This document shows, one piece after another, positions 47,646 through 59,317 of a stretch of 64,000 bases of DNA. The position numbers and the translations under genes are program-made. Position 1 is the stretch's first letter, and each line of letters begins with the position of its first letter. The stretch covers positions 1 through 64,000 of the IMG/VR virus record IMGVR_UViG_3300035520_000607; one strand, written 5' to 3'. The notes below the pieces were generated by a model, which was not told where the DNA came from, searched no databases, and was given only the letters and a program-made list of their open reading frames with translations. The DNA comes from a virus. Its lineage: Duplodnaviria > Caudoviricetes.

Positions 47646-49469
47646 ATGAAATATAAATTAAGGAAAGAAATAAATTCTAAGTATTCTACAATAGAAACAA
47701 TACTTACTAACCGCGGGATTCCTTTAAATGAAGTATCTCACTATCTTAATACTACTGATGCAGATATTAATGAACCTGAAGATCTAGGTGAAGACAACCT
47801 TAAGGCGGCTGCCGCATGTCTTGTAAATCATATATCTAAAGCAGATTCAATTTTATGCATCGTAGACTGCGATTGCGATGGTTTTACCTCTTCCGCGCTA
47901 TTAATTAACTATTTACATGATTTATTCCCTTCATATATCGAGTCTGGAGGTTTAAAATGGTATGTTCACGATGATAAAACTCATGGTTTATCTGATTGTA
48001 TGGGATATATTAATTTACATGATTTTAAATTAGTTATATGCCCAGACGCAGGAAGCAACGATATAGAATATCATAGGGAATTAAAAGAAAAAGGTATAGA
48101 TGTTATAATTTTAGACCACCATTTGGCAGACAAGGTTAGTGAAGATGCTATTATAATCAATAACCAATTATGTGATTATTCTAATAAAGAATTGTCAGGT
48201 GTTGGAGTTACATGGCAATTTTGTAGATATTTAGATAAAAAATTAGATTATAATTGTGCAAATTGTTATCTAGATCTTGTTGCTCTTGGGCTAACGGCCG
48301 ATATGATGAGTTTAACATCAATAGAAACTAAACATTTAATTCATAAAGGTTTTGAACCTGATAATATACATAATCCATATATTTATGAAATGTGGCAAAA
48401 GAATAAATTTAAGTTAGGTGACCATATTACTTCGATAGATGCAGCTTTCTATATAGTTCCTATGATTAATGCAGTTCAAAGAAGCGGAACAATAGAAGAA
48501 AAAGAATTATTATTTAAATCAATGCTTAAATATGAAGCTTTTGAAATGATAGATTCTACTAAGAGAGGGCATTCCGCAGGAGAACAAGAGAGATTAGTAG
48601 ACCAAGCCGTTAGAATGTCTAATAATGTAAAAAACAGACAAACAAGAGTTCAAGATTCAAGTATGGAGACTTTAGAAGCAATAATTGAAGATCAAAATTT
48701 ATTAGACCATAAAGTTATCTTACTATTGTTAGAACCAGGTGACGTAGATAAAAATGTAGCTGGGTTAATTGCTAATAAATTAGCTAATAAGTATCAAAGA
48801 CCTTGTTGTATTTTAACTAAAACTGTAGAAATAGATCCTAATAAAATGACTATGGAACAGGATGAAGATAAAATTATAGTATCTTCAAAAGCAAGATATC
48901 TATATCAAGGTAGTGCAAGAGGTTATGAATTAACTGGTGTAACTAATTTTAAAGATATATGTGATGAATGCGGTGCGGAATGGACCGCGGGCCATCAAAA
49001 TGCATTCGGGTTATGCATCGCAGAGGACAAGGTTGATGAATTTCTATCCAAGGCTGATAATTGTTTATCAAGCATTTCCGCAGAACCTATATATTATGTA
49101 GATTATATATATAATGGGGTTAATGTAAATCCGCAAGATATATTTACAATAGCAGAATTAACTAATCTATGGGGTAAAGATATGGATGAAGCGGAAATAG
49201 CTATTAAAGATTTAAAAGTTAGTAAAGATATGGTTCAGATATATAGAAAAACAAATAATACATTAAAAATAAGTTTACCTAATAAGATTAGCATAATGAA
49301 ATTTAATGCAACAGATGAAGAATGTGAAAGATTAGAAAATCAATCTGGAGCTTATATTCAATTAGATGTAGTTGGCACTTGTAAAATAAATGAATTTAAT
49401 GGATGTAGATTACCGCAAGTGTTTATAACAGATTATGAGATTACTGGAGAAGGTAAATATCTATTTTAG
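47646..49469 (+). CDS. recJ: RecJ-like ssDNA exonuclease (DHH)
   Basis: DCDCDG..S, HG, PDAG, LDHH, LSGVGV, GSARG, GHQNAFG. Confidence 0.9.
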   Translation: MKYKLRKEINSKYSTIETILTNRGIPLNEVSHYLNTTDADINEPEDLGEDNLKAAAACLVNHISKADSILCIVDCDCDGFTSSALLINYLHDLFPSYIESGGLKWYVHDDKTHGLSDCMGYINLHDFKLVICPDAGSNDIEYHRELKEKGIDVIILDHHLADKVSEDAIIINNQLCDYSNKELSGVGVTWQFCRYLDKKLDYNCANCYLDLVALGLTADMMSLTSIETKHLIHKGFEPDNIHNPYIYEMWQKNKFKLGDHITSIDAAFYIVPMINAVQRSGTIEEKELLFKSMLKYEAFEMIDSTKRGHSAGEQERLVDQAVRMSNNVKNRQTRVQDSSMETLEAIIEDQNLLDHKVILLLLEPGDVDKNVAGLIANKLANKYQRPCCILTKTVEIDPNKMTMEQDEDKIIVSSKARYLYQGSARGYELTGVTNFKDICDECGAEWTAGHQNAFGLCIAEDKVDEFLSKADNCLSSISAEPIYYVDYIYNGVNVNPQDIFTIAELTNLWGKDMDEAEIAIKDLKVSKDMVQIYRKTNNTLKISLPNKISIMKFNATDEECERLENQSGAYIQLDVVGTCKINEFNGCRLPQVFITDYEITGEGKYLF

Positions 49470-49600
49470 ATTGGGGTGAATTTGGTCGAAGTTTCAAAAT
49501 AAAAAGTGACTTTGGAAATTTTTATCCCAATTTTTTTATTTAATTGATTTTCAATTAAATAAATGATATAATTATTATAGAAATAAAAGGAGAATTAAAT

Positions 49601-50788
49601 ATGGAATTAAATAAAAAACAAAAGGAGGGATTAAACATAGCCGTTGAGAGATATAAAAGTGGTAAAAAATATACTATTATCAGCGGCTATGCCTAGGTAG
49701 GTACTGGTAAATCAACCCTAGTTAAATTTATCATTGCCGCATTACCTAATATAGACCCAGAAGAAGATGTTGTTTATACTAGTTTTACAGGAAAAGCCAC
49801 CCAAGTTTTATCTAAAAAAGGCAATAAAAATACTAGTACATTACATAAATTATTATTTGAAAGTCGCCCTCAAAAAGATGGTACTTATTTCCATGTTCCA
49901 GTAGATAAGATTGATTATAAAATAGTTATAGTAGATGAAATATCTATGGTTCCTAAAACTTTAATTGATAGACTGCTAAGTCACGATATACACATGATAG
50001 GTCTCGGGGATCCTTTCCAGTTACCACCAGTTAATAAAAATGAAGATAATCATTTATTAGACGATCCGCATATATTCTTAGATGAGATTATGCGTCAAGC
50101 CGCTGAAAGTGAAATTATTCAATTAACTATGAAAATAAGAAGTGGAGAAAAAATTGAAAACTTTAAAGGTAAAGAAGTTCAAGTTATTAATAAATCTGAA
50201 TTAACAACAGGTATGTTATTTTGGGCAAATCAAGTTCTTGTAGCAACTAATGCAACTAGAAAATCTATTAATAATCAAATGCGCGAATTACTAGGACATG
50301 GAGATTTGCCTGAAACAGGAGATAAGATAATTTGTTGCCGCAACTATTGGAATTGTATTGCAGATGATGGTTCTGCTCTTGTAAATGGAACAATAGGAAC
50401 ATTAGATTATACATATCCTTCTTTCCTTAATATGCCTAAATTTATAAATCCTAAAATAGTAGATACTATTAATGGAGTTTTTATTGGCGAATGCGGGGAA
50501 GACTATGGAGAGCAAATAATTGATAAAAAGATGCTTATGGAGGGTGAAAAAAGCTTAGACTGGGCAAATGAATATAAATTATTAACAAATAAAAAATATA
50601 CTGATTTAATACCTGCGGAGTTCGCTTATGGATACGCAATCACGACCCACCGTGCACAAGGTAGTGAGTGGGATAAAGTCCTTGTTATTGAAGAAGATTT
50701 TCCTTTTGATAAAGAAGAGCATGCGCGCTGGCTATATACAGCCCTAACGCGTGGAAGCAAAAAAGTAGTCTTAGTAAAAAATGATTAA
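49601..50788 (+). CDS. RecD/Dda-like SF1 helicase with in-frame TAG at 49694-49696
   Basis: ATG 49601 after AAAGGAG, in frame with track ORF 49946; GYA*VGTGKST, FTGKA, TLHKL, VDEISM, GDPFQLPPV, YAITTHRAQGSEW, LYTALTR. Confidence 0.8.
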
Positions 50789-50805
50789 GTAAAGGAGTAA
50801 TTAAT

Positions 50806-51645
50806 ATGAGTTTCTCAATTTGGAATCCTGTACACGGATGCATGGGTAAAAGTGAAGGTTGTGAGCATTGCTATGCAAAAACCATCGATGATAGATGGGG
50901 AAGAAATTTTTTTGAATGTAAAAAGTTAACAAGCAGTTTCAAATATCCAATTCAAAAAGATAGAAATGGTAATTATAAAGTTCCATCTGGTATGGTACTT
51001 AGAGTTTGTATGAATTCAGACTTTTTCTTCGAGGGATTAGACCCATTTAGAGAAGAATGCTGGAAGATAATGGCGCAAAGACCTGATGTTATATTCTATC
51101 TTTTGACTAAGCGACCAGAAAGAGTATCAGAATGCTTACCTACATGGTGGGATCAAGAAAAGTATCCTAATATAATGATAAATGTAACTTGTGAAAATCA
51201 GAAACGCGCAGATGAGCGTTTACCAATTTTAAAAACTTTACCTTTCAAGAGAAAAGGAATTATGTGCGCCCCTCTATTAGAAGATATTAATTTAGAGCCT
51301 TATATTTCAGAAGGTTGGATAGAGAATGTAAACTGCGGTGGGGAGAACTATAGCGGCGCCCGCGCATGTCATTATGAATGGGCTAAACATATTAGTGATC
51401 AATGTGCTGCCGCAAATGTAAAATTTACTTTTATAGAAACTGGAACTAATTTTTGGAAAGATGGTATTAAACAACCTAATGATATATCTAAAGTCCGCCA
51501 AGCTGAAAAGGCAAGAGCACTAAATATTAACGTTAAGGAAGAACAAATGCTTGGTATTTATCAACCTAAATGGAGTTCCGCATGTTATAAATGCGGCAAC
51601 CAACCTATTTGTCAAGGATTAGACTCAAGCGGTAATTGCAGTTAG
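50806..51645 (+). CDS. DUF5131 (Gp37/Gp68-like) protein
   Basis: WNPVHGC...SEGCEHCYA, SDFF, LLTKRPER, GGE. Confidence 0.85.
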   Translation: MSFSIWNPVHGCMGKSEGCEHCYAKTIDDRWGRNFFECKKLTSSFKYPIQKDRNGNYKVPSGMVLRVCMNSDFFFEGLDPFREECWKIMAQRPDVIFYLLTKRPERVSECLPTWWDQEKYPNIMINVTCENQKRADERLPILKTLPFKRKGIMCAPLLEDINLEPYISEGWIENVNCGGENYSGARACHYEWAKHISDQCAAANVKFTFIETGTNFWKDGIKQPNDISKVRQAEKARALNINVKEEQMLGIYQPKWSSACYKCGNQPICQGLDSSGNCS

Positions 51646-51701
51646 TTGATTTTAAATAAAAATAATGATATAATAATATTATAGAAAAAGGAGAAATATA
51701 A

Positions 51702-51947
51702 ATGAATAAAAAATATGTATTTAAAGAAGTAATCAATGGAAGATGGGCTATATGGTCTAAAGACATTAAAGACAAAGGAAAAGTTAAAGTTTTTAGAATC
51801 ATAGATCTATATTCTACAAATAGAGAAACAAGATTTGTCTTTGCTTATAAAAATATGGATGAAGCAAAAATTCAAACATCTTTATCTAATAAAATTCGTA
51901 ATTTTTATAGAAATAATAAAAACACATTCTTTGTAAAACAAAATTAA
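51702..51947 (+). CDS. Hypothetical protein
   Basis: ORF with promoter and RBS. Confidence 0.6.
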   Translation: MNKKYVFKEVINGRWAIWSKDIKDKGKVKVFRIIDLYSTNRETRFVFAYKNMDEAKIQTSLSNKIRNFYRNNKNTFFVKQN

Positions 51948-51973
51948 TATAATAAAAAATTAGGAGGGATAAA

Positions 51974-54900
51974 ATGACTGGAAGAGTTGACTTACATAAT
52001 CATACAAGGTATTCTAATTTAAGACTTAGAGATGCTTTAGCAACGCCAGAGCAGTTAATTGATAGAGCTATTGAATTAGGGCTATCTGGAATTGCTATCA
52101 CAGACCACGAGACTGTTGCAGGACATATTAAAGCAAATCAATATGCTCAAAAGATTGCAGAGACATCTCCTGATTTTAAAGTTATATTAGGAAATGAAAT
52201 TTATTTAGTAGATGAACGACCTTCAGAGAAACATTGGCATTTTATATTAATAGCAAAAGATGCTGAAGGGCATCATCAGCTAAGAGAGCTATCTTCTTTA
52301 GCATGGTTGAACAGTTATTCTTCAAAAGGAATGACAAGAGTAGATACTTTAAAAGAAGAGCTAAAAGAAATAGTAGAGAAGAATCCTGGACATTTGATCG
52401 CGAGTAGTGCGTGCATAGGCTCAGAGGTTGGACAGAATATTCTAGACCTAGTAGCCGCTGAAGCAACAGGGGATAAGATATTAGAACAGAATGCTCATAA
52501 TAATATAGTTAATTATATTTTATGGTGTAAAGATGTTTTTAAAGATGACTTTTATATTGAAGTTCAGCCAGGAACTAGTAGAGAGCAAATCATAGTGAAT
52601 AAAAGGCTAGCCTCAGTAGCAAAATGTTTTGGAGTTAAGATGATCCCGACTTCTGATACTCACTATTTGAAAAAAGAAGATAGATATGTTCATAAAGCAT
52701 TTTTAAATAGTGAAAATAAAGAAAGAGAAGTAGATGCCTTTTATCAAGATACTTACCTACATTCAAATGAAGAGATGATAGAGAAGTTTAAAGAATCAGA
52801 TTATTCAGAAGATTTTGTCAATGAAATGTTTGAAAATACTTTAGAAATATATAATAAAGTAGAAAATTATTCTTTAGCTCATGCTCAACAAGTTCCAAAA
52901 GTAGATGTTGATTATTATCCTAAGAAGAATCCTCCAGAAGGTTTAGAAAAATATAATACTCTTTCTGAGATGTACCAATCAGAAGATGAAATTAATAGAT
53001 ATTGGATTAATAAATGTATAGATCGATTAAAAGAAATAAATAAATTTAATGAAGTGTATCTAGACGAATTAGAGGAAGAAGCAGAAGTTAAAAAAATTAT
53101 CGGAGAAAAATTAGATACAAATATGTATGCTTATCCAGTATGCTTAGCTCATTATATTAATTTAATGTGGAATTGCGGAAGCTCGATTGGAGTAGGAAGA
53201 GGGTCTGCTTGTTCAGCTTTAAATCATTATCTTTTAGGCATTACTCAATTAGATAGCATTGAGTGGAATTTTCCTTTCTTTCGATATATGAATAGGGACA
53301 CAGATGGACTAGGAGATATAGATATAGATGTTTGCCCTAGTAAAGTTCAAAAAATTATTTCCGCAATAAGAGAAGAAAGAGGACAAAAATTTAAAAAAGA
53401 AATAGAGAATCCTATTTTTAGAGAAAATCTTGGAGCTGTCTATGTTTGTACTTTTGGAACAGAGTCTACAAAGAGCGCAATTCTTACTGCGGCAAGGGGA
53501 TATCGATCAGAAGAATATCCAGAAGGGATAGATATTGATACTGCTCAATATCTTAGCTCTTTGGTCCCAAGCGAAAGAGGATTTGTCTGGAGTATTCATG
53601 ATGTAGTTTATGGAAATGAAGAAAAAGATAGAAAACCTGTAAAAATATTTGTAAATGAAATAAAACAGTACCCTGGATTGTTAGAAATAATAGAGGGTAT
53701 CGAAGGATGCATATCTCGAAGAGGAAGACACGCCTCAGGAGTATTATTTATGGGAGAAGACCCTTTTGAATTTAATGCTTTTATGAAAACTCCTAGTGGA
53801 GAAATCGTAACTCAATATGATTTACATGATGCAGAATGGGCTGGTAGTGTAAAGATGGATATTCTTGTAACAGAAGTTCAAGATAAAATAGTTCAAACTT
53901 TAAAATTTCTTCAAAGAGATGGCTTACTAGATCAAAATCTAAATTTAAGAGAGCTATATAATAAATATCTTCATCCAGATGTTTTACCTCTTGATAAAAA
54001 AGAGATCTGGAAAGTTATTCAAGAAGCTTCTACATTAGACTTATTTCAATTAGATTCTGATATTGGAAGACAAGGAGCAAAAAAAGTAAAACCTTCAAAT
54101 ATAAATGAATTATCTTCAGTAAATGGTCTTATTAGATTAATGACAACAGAAAAAGGTGCAGAATCTTGGCTAGATAAATATACGAGATTTAAAAATGATA
54201 GAAAAGAAATAGTTAAAGAAATGGATAGATATGGACTTACTTTAAAAGAAAAGATAGCTTTAAATAGATATTTAGAAATTACTTATGGAATTGGTATTTC
54301 ACAAGAACAATTAATGAAAGTTTTAATGGATGAAGATATTTGTAATTTCTCTCTTAAAGAAGCTAATAAAGCTAGAAAAGTAGTTTCAAAGAAGAAGATG
54401 AGCGAAATTCCTAATTTAAAACAAAAGGTAAAGGAAACCGCAAAGAGTGAAAATTTATTTAATTATGTATGGGATTATGTTGTAGGCCCTGGACTAGGAT
54501 ACTCTTTTTCAGATATTCATAGTTTATCTTATTCTTTTATAGGTTTCCAAACTGCTTATTTAGCAACTAATTGGAATCCTATTTATTGGAACACCTCTTG
54601 TTTAATTGTAAATAGTGGAAGTCTTGAAGAAGAATCTGATTTTGAAGAAGATGAAGATGGAGAGATTATAAAGAAAAAAGAAAAAAGTAGTGATTATGGA
54701 AAAATTGCTAAAGCTATTGGAGATACTCGATCAAGAGGAATTAGAGTTTCATTAATAGATATAAATAAATCTAGTTATAGTTTTGAGCCAGATATAGAAA
54801 ATAATGAAATCTTATTTGGAATGAAAGCCTTAAGTAATGTTGGAGGTCCAGTTATAGAACAAATAATTAGCGGCCGCCCTTACTATGGAATTGCAGATTT

Positions 54901-55924
54901 TATGAATAGATGTCCATTAAATAAAAGTGCAATGTTCTCTTTAATTAAAGGTGGAGCTTTTGATAAATTAGAAATTGAATGGGCAAAAGAACTTAACATA
55001 GAACCAAGAAAATTAATCATGATTTATTATATATCAAAAGTATGTGAAGCTAAAAAGAGAATTACATTACAAAATTTTAATGGCTTAATTCAACATAATT
55101 TAATACCTGCGGAATTAGATTTACAAAAGAAAGTTTATAACTTTACAAAGTATTTAAAAGCAAATAAAAAAGTAGGAAAATATTATGTATTTGATAATAT
55201 TTGTGAAGATTTTTACAACAAATATTTTGATGAAGATCAACTTGAAATTATAAATGGTTTAACTTGTATTCAACAAATTAAATGGGATAAAATTTATCAA
55301 GATACAATGGATAAAGTTAGAGATTGGATAAGAGATAATCAAGAACAAATCTTAAATGACTATAACAATATTTTATTTAAAGAGTGCTGGGATAAATATG
55401 CAATAGGTAATATAAGTTCGTGTGAAATGGAAGCATTATGTTTTTATTATCATAAACATGAATTAGCAGATGTAAAAGTAGACAAATATGGAATTGTAGA
55501 TTTTAATACTTTATCTCCTGAATCTGAAGTTGATTATTTGTTTAAGCGCGGCGGTCATGACATTCCTATTTATAAGATAAATAAAATTATTGGAACAGTA
55601 ATAGGGAAAAATGATACTCGTTCATCAATTACGCTATTAACAACAACAGGTGTAGTAACAGTAAAATTTACAAAAGAATATTTTGCAATGTATAACCGTC
55701 AAATGTCTGAGAAACAAGAAGATGGAACTAAAAAAATTGTTGAAAAAGGTTGGTTTACAAGAGGAACTAAGCTATTGGTTGCTGGGTATAGAAGAGATGA
55801 CTCATTCGTAGCAAAAACATATAAAAGCAATGGTTTCCACCAATTATATAAAATAGTAAAAATATTAGATAACGGAGAAATAGAATTAGTTCATGATAGA
55901 GCTGGTTCAAGTGAAGAAGAGTAG
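51974..55924 (+). CDS. dnaE: DNA polymerase III alpha subunit
   Basis: PHP HNHT.YS, ITDHE, GNEIY; GRGSA, DIDID, HASG, KMDIL, YSFS..HS..Y. Confidence 0.95.
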   Translation: MTGRVDLHNHTRYSNLRLRDALATPEQLIDRAIELGLSGIAITDHETVAGHIKANQYAQKIAETSPDFKVILGNEIYLVDERPSEKHWHFILIAKDAEGHHQLRELSSLAWLNSYSSKGMTRVDTLKEELKEIVEKNPGHLIASSACIGSEVGQNILDLVAAEATGDKILEQNAHNNIVNYILWCKDVFKDDFYIEVQPGTSREQIIVNKRLASVAKCFGVKMIPTSDTHYLKKEDRYVHKAFLNSENKEREVDAFYQDTYLHSNEEMIEKFKESDYSEDFVNEMFENTLEIYNKVENYSLAHAQQVPKVDVDYYPKKNPPEGLEKYNTLSEMYQSEDEINRYWINKCIDRLKEINKFNEVYLDELEEEAEVKKIIGEKLDTNMYAYPVCLAHYINLMWNCGSSIGVGRGSACSALNHYLLGITQLDSIEWNFPFFRYMNRDTDGLGDIDIDVCPSKVQKIISAIREERGQKFKKEIENPIFRENLGAVYVCTFGTESTKSAILTAARGYRSEEYPEGIDIDTAQYLSSLVPSERGFVWSIHDVVYGNEEKDRKPVKIFVNEIKQYPGLLEIIEGIEGCISRRGRHASGVLFMGEDPFEFNAFMKTPSGEIVTQYDLHDAEWAGSVKMDILVTEVQDKIVQTLKFLQRDGLLDQNLNLRELYNKYLHPDVLPLDKKEIWKVIQEASTLDLFQLDSDIGRQGAKKVKPSNINELSSVNGLIRLMTTEKGAESWLDKYTRFKNDRKEIVKEMDRYGLTLKEKIALNRYLEITYGIGISQEQLMKVLMDEDICNFSLKEANKARKVVSKKKMSEIPNLKQKVKETAKSENLFNYVWDYVVGPGLGYSFSDIHSLSYSFIGFQTAYLATNWNPIYWNTSCLIVNSGSLEEESDFEEDEDGEIIKKKEKSSDYGKIAKAIGDTRSRGIRVSLIDINKSSYSFEPDIENNEILFGMKALSNVGGPVIEQIISGRPYYGIADFMNRCPLNKSAMFSLIKGGAFDKLEIEWAKELNIEPRKLIMIYYISKVCEAKKRITLQNFNGLIQHNLIPAELDLQKKVYNFTKYLKANKKVGKYYVFDNICEDFYNKYFDEDQLEIINGLTCIQQIKWDKIYQDTMDKVRDWIRDNQEQILNDYNNILFKECWDKYAIGNISSCEMEALCFYYHKHELADVKVDKYGIVDFNTLSPESEVDYLFKRGGHDIPIYKINKIIGTVIGKNDTRSSITLLTTTGVVTVKFTKEYFAMYNRQMSEKQEDGTKKIVEKGWFTRGTKLLVAGYRRDDSFVAKTYKSNGFHQLYKIVKILDNGEIELVHDRAGSSEEE

Positions 55925-56046
55925 GAATAGCCTTCTCTTTCTTCTTCTCTGGTCAATATTGGACAATCTATTTAAAAGTTTTTTGATACATAATATCGGG
56001 TAAATATTTATAAACCCCTTAAAAATAATTAAATAATTGAGGAGGA

Positions 56047-58275
56047 ATGAAAATGTTACAAGTTCAAAAACGCGATGGTAGAATCGTAGAGTTTAATGAA
56101 CAAAAAATTATGAATGCGATACTTGCCGCATTTAAAGAAGTGGATGGAGAGATTAATGAATATGCTCAAACAAAAGCTGAAAACATTGCAAGTTATATTA
56201 GAGGTTACTATGAAGATGTAGAAGAAATTCCTAATATAGAAGAAATTCAAGACCTCGTTGAAAAAGGTTTAATGTCAACGAAGAGGAAGGATGTAGCGAA
56301 AGCTTATATTCTTTATAGAGAAAACAGAACGAAAGCAAGAGGGAATATAATAGACAAAGAAGTTCTAGAATTTTTAGATGGCGCAAGTGAATATTGGAAT
56401 ACTGAGAACTCTAATAAAAATGCCCAAATTGTTACAACCCAAAGAGATTATTTAGCTGGAATTTTATCTACTGATATTGCAAGAAGAGTTATTTTACCAA
56501 AAGAAGTTGTAGAAGCTCATGACGCAGGAATTATACATGAACATGATATGGATTATTTATCTCAAAATGCATTAACTAACTGTTGTTTAATTAATTTAAA
56601 TGATATGTTACAAAATGGAACTGTAATTAATGGTATTATGATAGAAAAACCTCATAAATTACTTACTGCTACAACTATTGCTACTCAAATAATTTTAGGA
56701 GTATCTTCAAGTCAATATGGTGGATGTAGTGTTTCTTTAGCACATTTAGCACCTTTTGTTAGAGATAGTTACAATTATTATTATAATAAATATATGAGAA
56801 GAACTAATAATGAACCACTATCTGAGACATTTGCAATGGAAGATTTAAAGAAAGAAATTGAAGCAGGAGTTCAAACTTTTAATTATCAAGTCAATTCAAT
56901 GACGAATACCAACGGTCAGTCCCCTTTTCTCACGGTATTCATGTACCTAGGCGAGACAGAAGAATTCAAAGATGAATTAGCTATGTTGATAGAAGAATTT
57001 TTAAAACAAAGAATTGAAGGAATGAAAAATGAAGTTGGCGCTTATATTACCGTTGCTTTCCCTAAATTAATTTATGTCCTTGAAGAAGATAATATTAATG
57101 AAGATAGTAAATATTGGGAATTAACTAAATTGGCAGCTAAATGCACTGCAAAAAGACTTGTTCCTGATTATATTTCTGAGAAAATGATGAAAAAAATTAA
57201 AATTAATAAATATGGAAAAGGAGATTGCTTTGCTGTAATGGGTTGTCGTTCCGCATTATCTCCATGGAGTGTTGAAGGAAATCCTTCAAAAGCAAAAGAC
57301 TATGTTGAAGGAGAAGGAAAATATTATGGAAGATTTAATTGCGGAGTTACTACAATAAATCTACCAGATGTGGCATTTTCATCAAAAGGAAATTATGATA
57401 AGTTTTGGGAATTAATGGAAGAAAGAACAGAATTATGTCATAAAGGCCTTCAAGCAAGAATAAAAAGGCTATTAAATGTAACAAGTGATATAGCGCCTAT
57501 CTTATGGCAACATGGAGCTTATGCTAGACTAGAAAAAGGAGAAAAACTAACAAATTTAATTTATGGAGGTTATTCCACTGCTAGTTTAGGATATGCAGGA
57601 TTATATGAATGCACAAAATATATGACTGGAAAATCACATACGGATGGAGCAGAAGGAGAAAAATTCGCGCTAGAAGTAATGCAATTTTTAAATAAAAAAT
57701 GTAACCAATGGAAAGAAGCTGAAAATATAGGTTATTCTATTTATGGTTCACCTATTGAATCAACAACTTATAAATTTGCTAAATGTTTGAAAAAAAGATT
57801 TGGAGAAGATATTTTTATAAAATTAGATGGAAAAGATAGAAATTACATAACAAATAGTTTCCACGTTCCAGTATTCGAAGCTATTGATCCTTTTACTAAA
57901 TTATCTATTGAGGCTAAATTCCAAGAACTAAGCTCTGGAGGTATGATTTCTTATGTAGAGAGTGCCGATATGAGCAGAAATACAGAAGCACTTCTTGAAG
58001 TAATGAAGTTTATTTATAATAATATCATGTATGCGGAAATCAATACTAAATCAGATTATTGTCAAGTCTGCGGTTATGATGGTGAAGTCAAAATCGTAGA
58101 CATAGATGGTAAACTTGATTGGGAATGCCCTCAATGTGGTAATATGGATCATAACAAAATGAATGTAGCTAGAAGGGTATGTGGATATATATCAACAAAC
58201 TTCTTTAATCAAGGAAGAACAGATGAAATAAACAATAGATATGTTCATTTAGATAATCATCAATTAGGAGAGTAA
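56047..58275 (+). CDS. nrdD: Anaerobic ribonucleoside-triphosphate reductase
   Basis: ATP cone (KRDG), NCCL, MGCRS, YITNS.H, CQVC/CPQC, RVCGY. Confidence 0.95.
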   Translation: MKMLQVQKRDGRIVEFNEQKIMNAILAAFKEVDGEINEYAQTKAENIASYIRGYYEDVEEIPNIEEIQDLVEKGLMSTKRKDVAKAYILYRENRTKARGNIIDKEVLEFLDGASEYWNTENSNKNAQIVTTQRDYLAGILSTDIARRVILPKEVVEAHDAGIIHEHDMDYLSQNALTNCCLINLNDMLQNGTVINGIMIEKPHKLLTATTIATQIILGVSSSQYGGCSVSLAHLAPFVRDSYNYYYNKYMRRTNNEPLSETFAMEDLKKEIEAGVQTFNYQVNSMTNTNGQSPFLTVFMYLGETEEFKDELAMLIEEFLKQRIEGMKNEVGAYITVAFPKLIYVLEEDNINEDSKYWELTKLAAKCTAKRLVPDYISEKMMKKIKINKYGKGDCFAVMGCRSALSPWSVEGNPSKAKDYVEGEGKYYGRFNCGVTTINLPDVAFSSKGNYDKFWELMEERTELCHKGLQARIKRLLNVTSDIAPILWQHGAYARLEKGEKLTNLIYGGYSTASLGYAGLYECTKYMTGKSHTDGAEGEKFALEVMQFLNKKCNQWKEAENIGYSIYGSPIESTTYKFAKCLKKRFGEDIFIKLDGKDRNYITNSFHVPVFEAIDPFTKLSIEAKFQELSSGGMISYVESADMSRNTEALLEVMKFIYNNIMYAEINTKSDYCQVCGYDGEVKIVDIDGKLDWECPQCGNMDHNKMNVARRVCGYISTNFFNQGRTDEINNRYVHLDNHQLGE

Positions 58276-58276
58276 T

Positions 58277-58762
58277 ATGAGATATGCTCAAATAAGAAAA
58301 ATGGATATAAGTAACGGATGCGGAATTGGGGTATCATTGTTTACTCAAGGTTGCCGCATCCATTGTAAAAATTGTTTTAATAAAGAAATATGGAATTATG
58401 ATGGCGGAAATAAATGAACTGATGAAGTATGCAATAACTTTATAAAACTAATTGAACCTGATTACATTACAAGAGTAAGCATACTTGGAGGAGAACCTCT
58501 AAGTGAAGAAAATTTAAAAGATTTAAAAAATTTATTTTCATTAATTAAAGAGAAATACCCAAATAAAAAGATATGGTTATATACTGGCTATATTTATGAG
58601 AATTTAAAGCAAGAGCAAAAAGAGATTGCGGAAATGGCTGACTATTTAGTAGATGGTCCTTATAGAGATGAGGAGCGCGATTTAACATTGCATTATCGCG
58701 GTTCCCGCAATCAAAGAATTATAGACATGAGGAAGGCACTAGAAGAAAAAGGAATTAATTAA
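58277..58762 (+). CDS. nrdG: NrdD activase (radical SAM), TGA=Trp at 58415
   Basis: MRYAQIRKMDISNG.GIGVSLFTQGC.IHC.NCFN..IWNYDGGNK-W-T, LGGEP, WLYTGY, VDGPY, RGSRNQRII; missing from ORF track. Confidence 0.92.
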
Positions 58763-58796
58763 TCTTAATTCCTTTTATTCTCTTGAAAAAGCAACG

Positions 58797-59219
58797 ATGA
58801 GAGAAATTACGCGAGAGATGATAAAAGAATATCGTATTAATAAAATTAAATATGATTTTATGGGCTACACTTTTAATAGATATGAAGAATTGAGTTTTCA
58901 TCATTTGATTGTACCTAGGAGAGAATGTAAAGCTCAAGGCCTTGGTGATGGATACTATTTTTGAAATGGAGCTATTTTAAATCAAGAAACTTCACATGAT
59001 TATCTTCATATTATAGAAAGAATTGATAGACAAGCTTTCTTACAAATAACAGATATAATGATATGGGAAAATCAACAAAAAGAAATAGATTTAAAAAGCT
59101 TAAAAGATATTAGACAAATATTACTATTATTTGAAGATACCTATAAAAATGAAAAAAATAAATCTGGACAAAAGATTCTAAAAAGACAATTTATAAACAA
59201 TAGGATAGATTTATCATAA
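58797..59219 (+). CDS. HNH-like protein, TGA=Trp at 58962
   Basis: Open 140 codons with TGA read through; SFHHLIVPRR...GYYF-W-NGAIL...SHDYLH; no clear RBS. Confidence 0.65.
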
Positions 59220-59317
59220 AAAGAATAAAAAGAGGAGAAAATAAAATCTTCTTTTTTTTTGACTTTAAAACAAAAAAATGTTATAATAAATATATAAGAA
59301 AATGAAAGGTGTTTTAT

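Noticed and set aside
49694-49696. Genome-wide TAG reassignment
   Set aside because: TAG terminates many genes at their expected ends (gyrB, gyrA, dnaE, def, recJ), and no CUA tRNA was seen.
28997-56250. Short antisense or alternate-frame track ORFs inside gyrB, gyrA, ligA, dnaE, nrdD and others
   Set aside because: Shadow frames of well-supported genes.
51974-58275. Inteins or introns in dnaE and nrdD
   Set aside because: Uninterrupted ORFs of ordinary length with no evident C...HN splice motifs.
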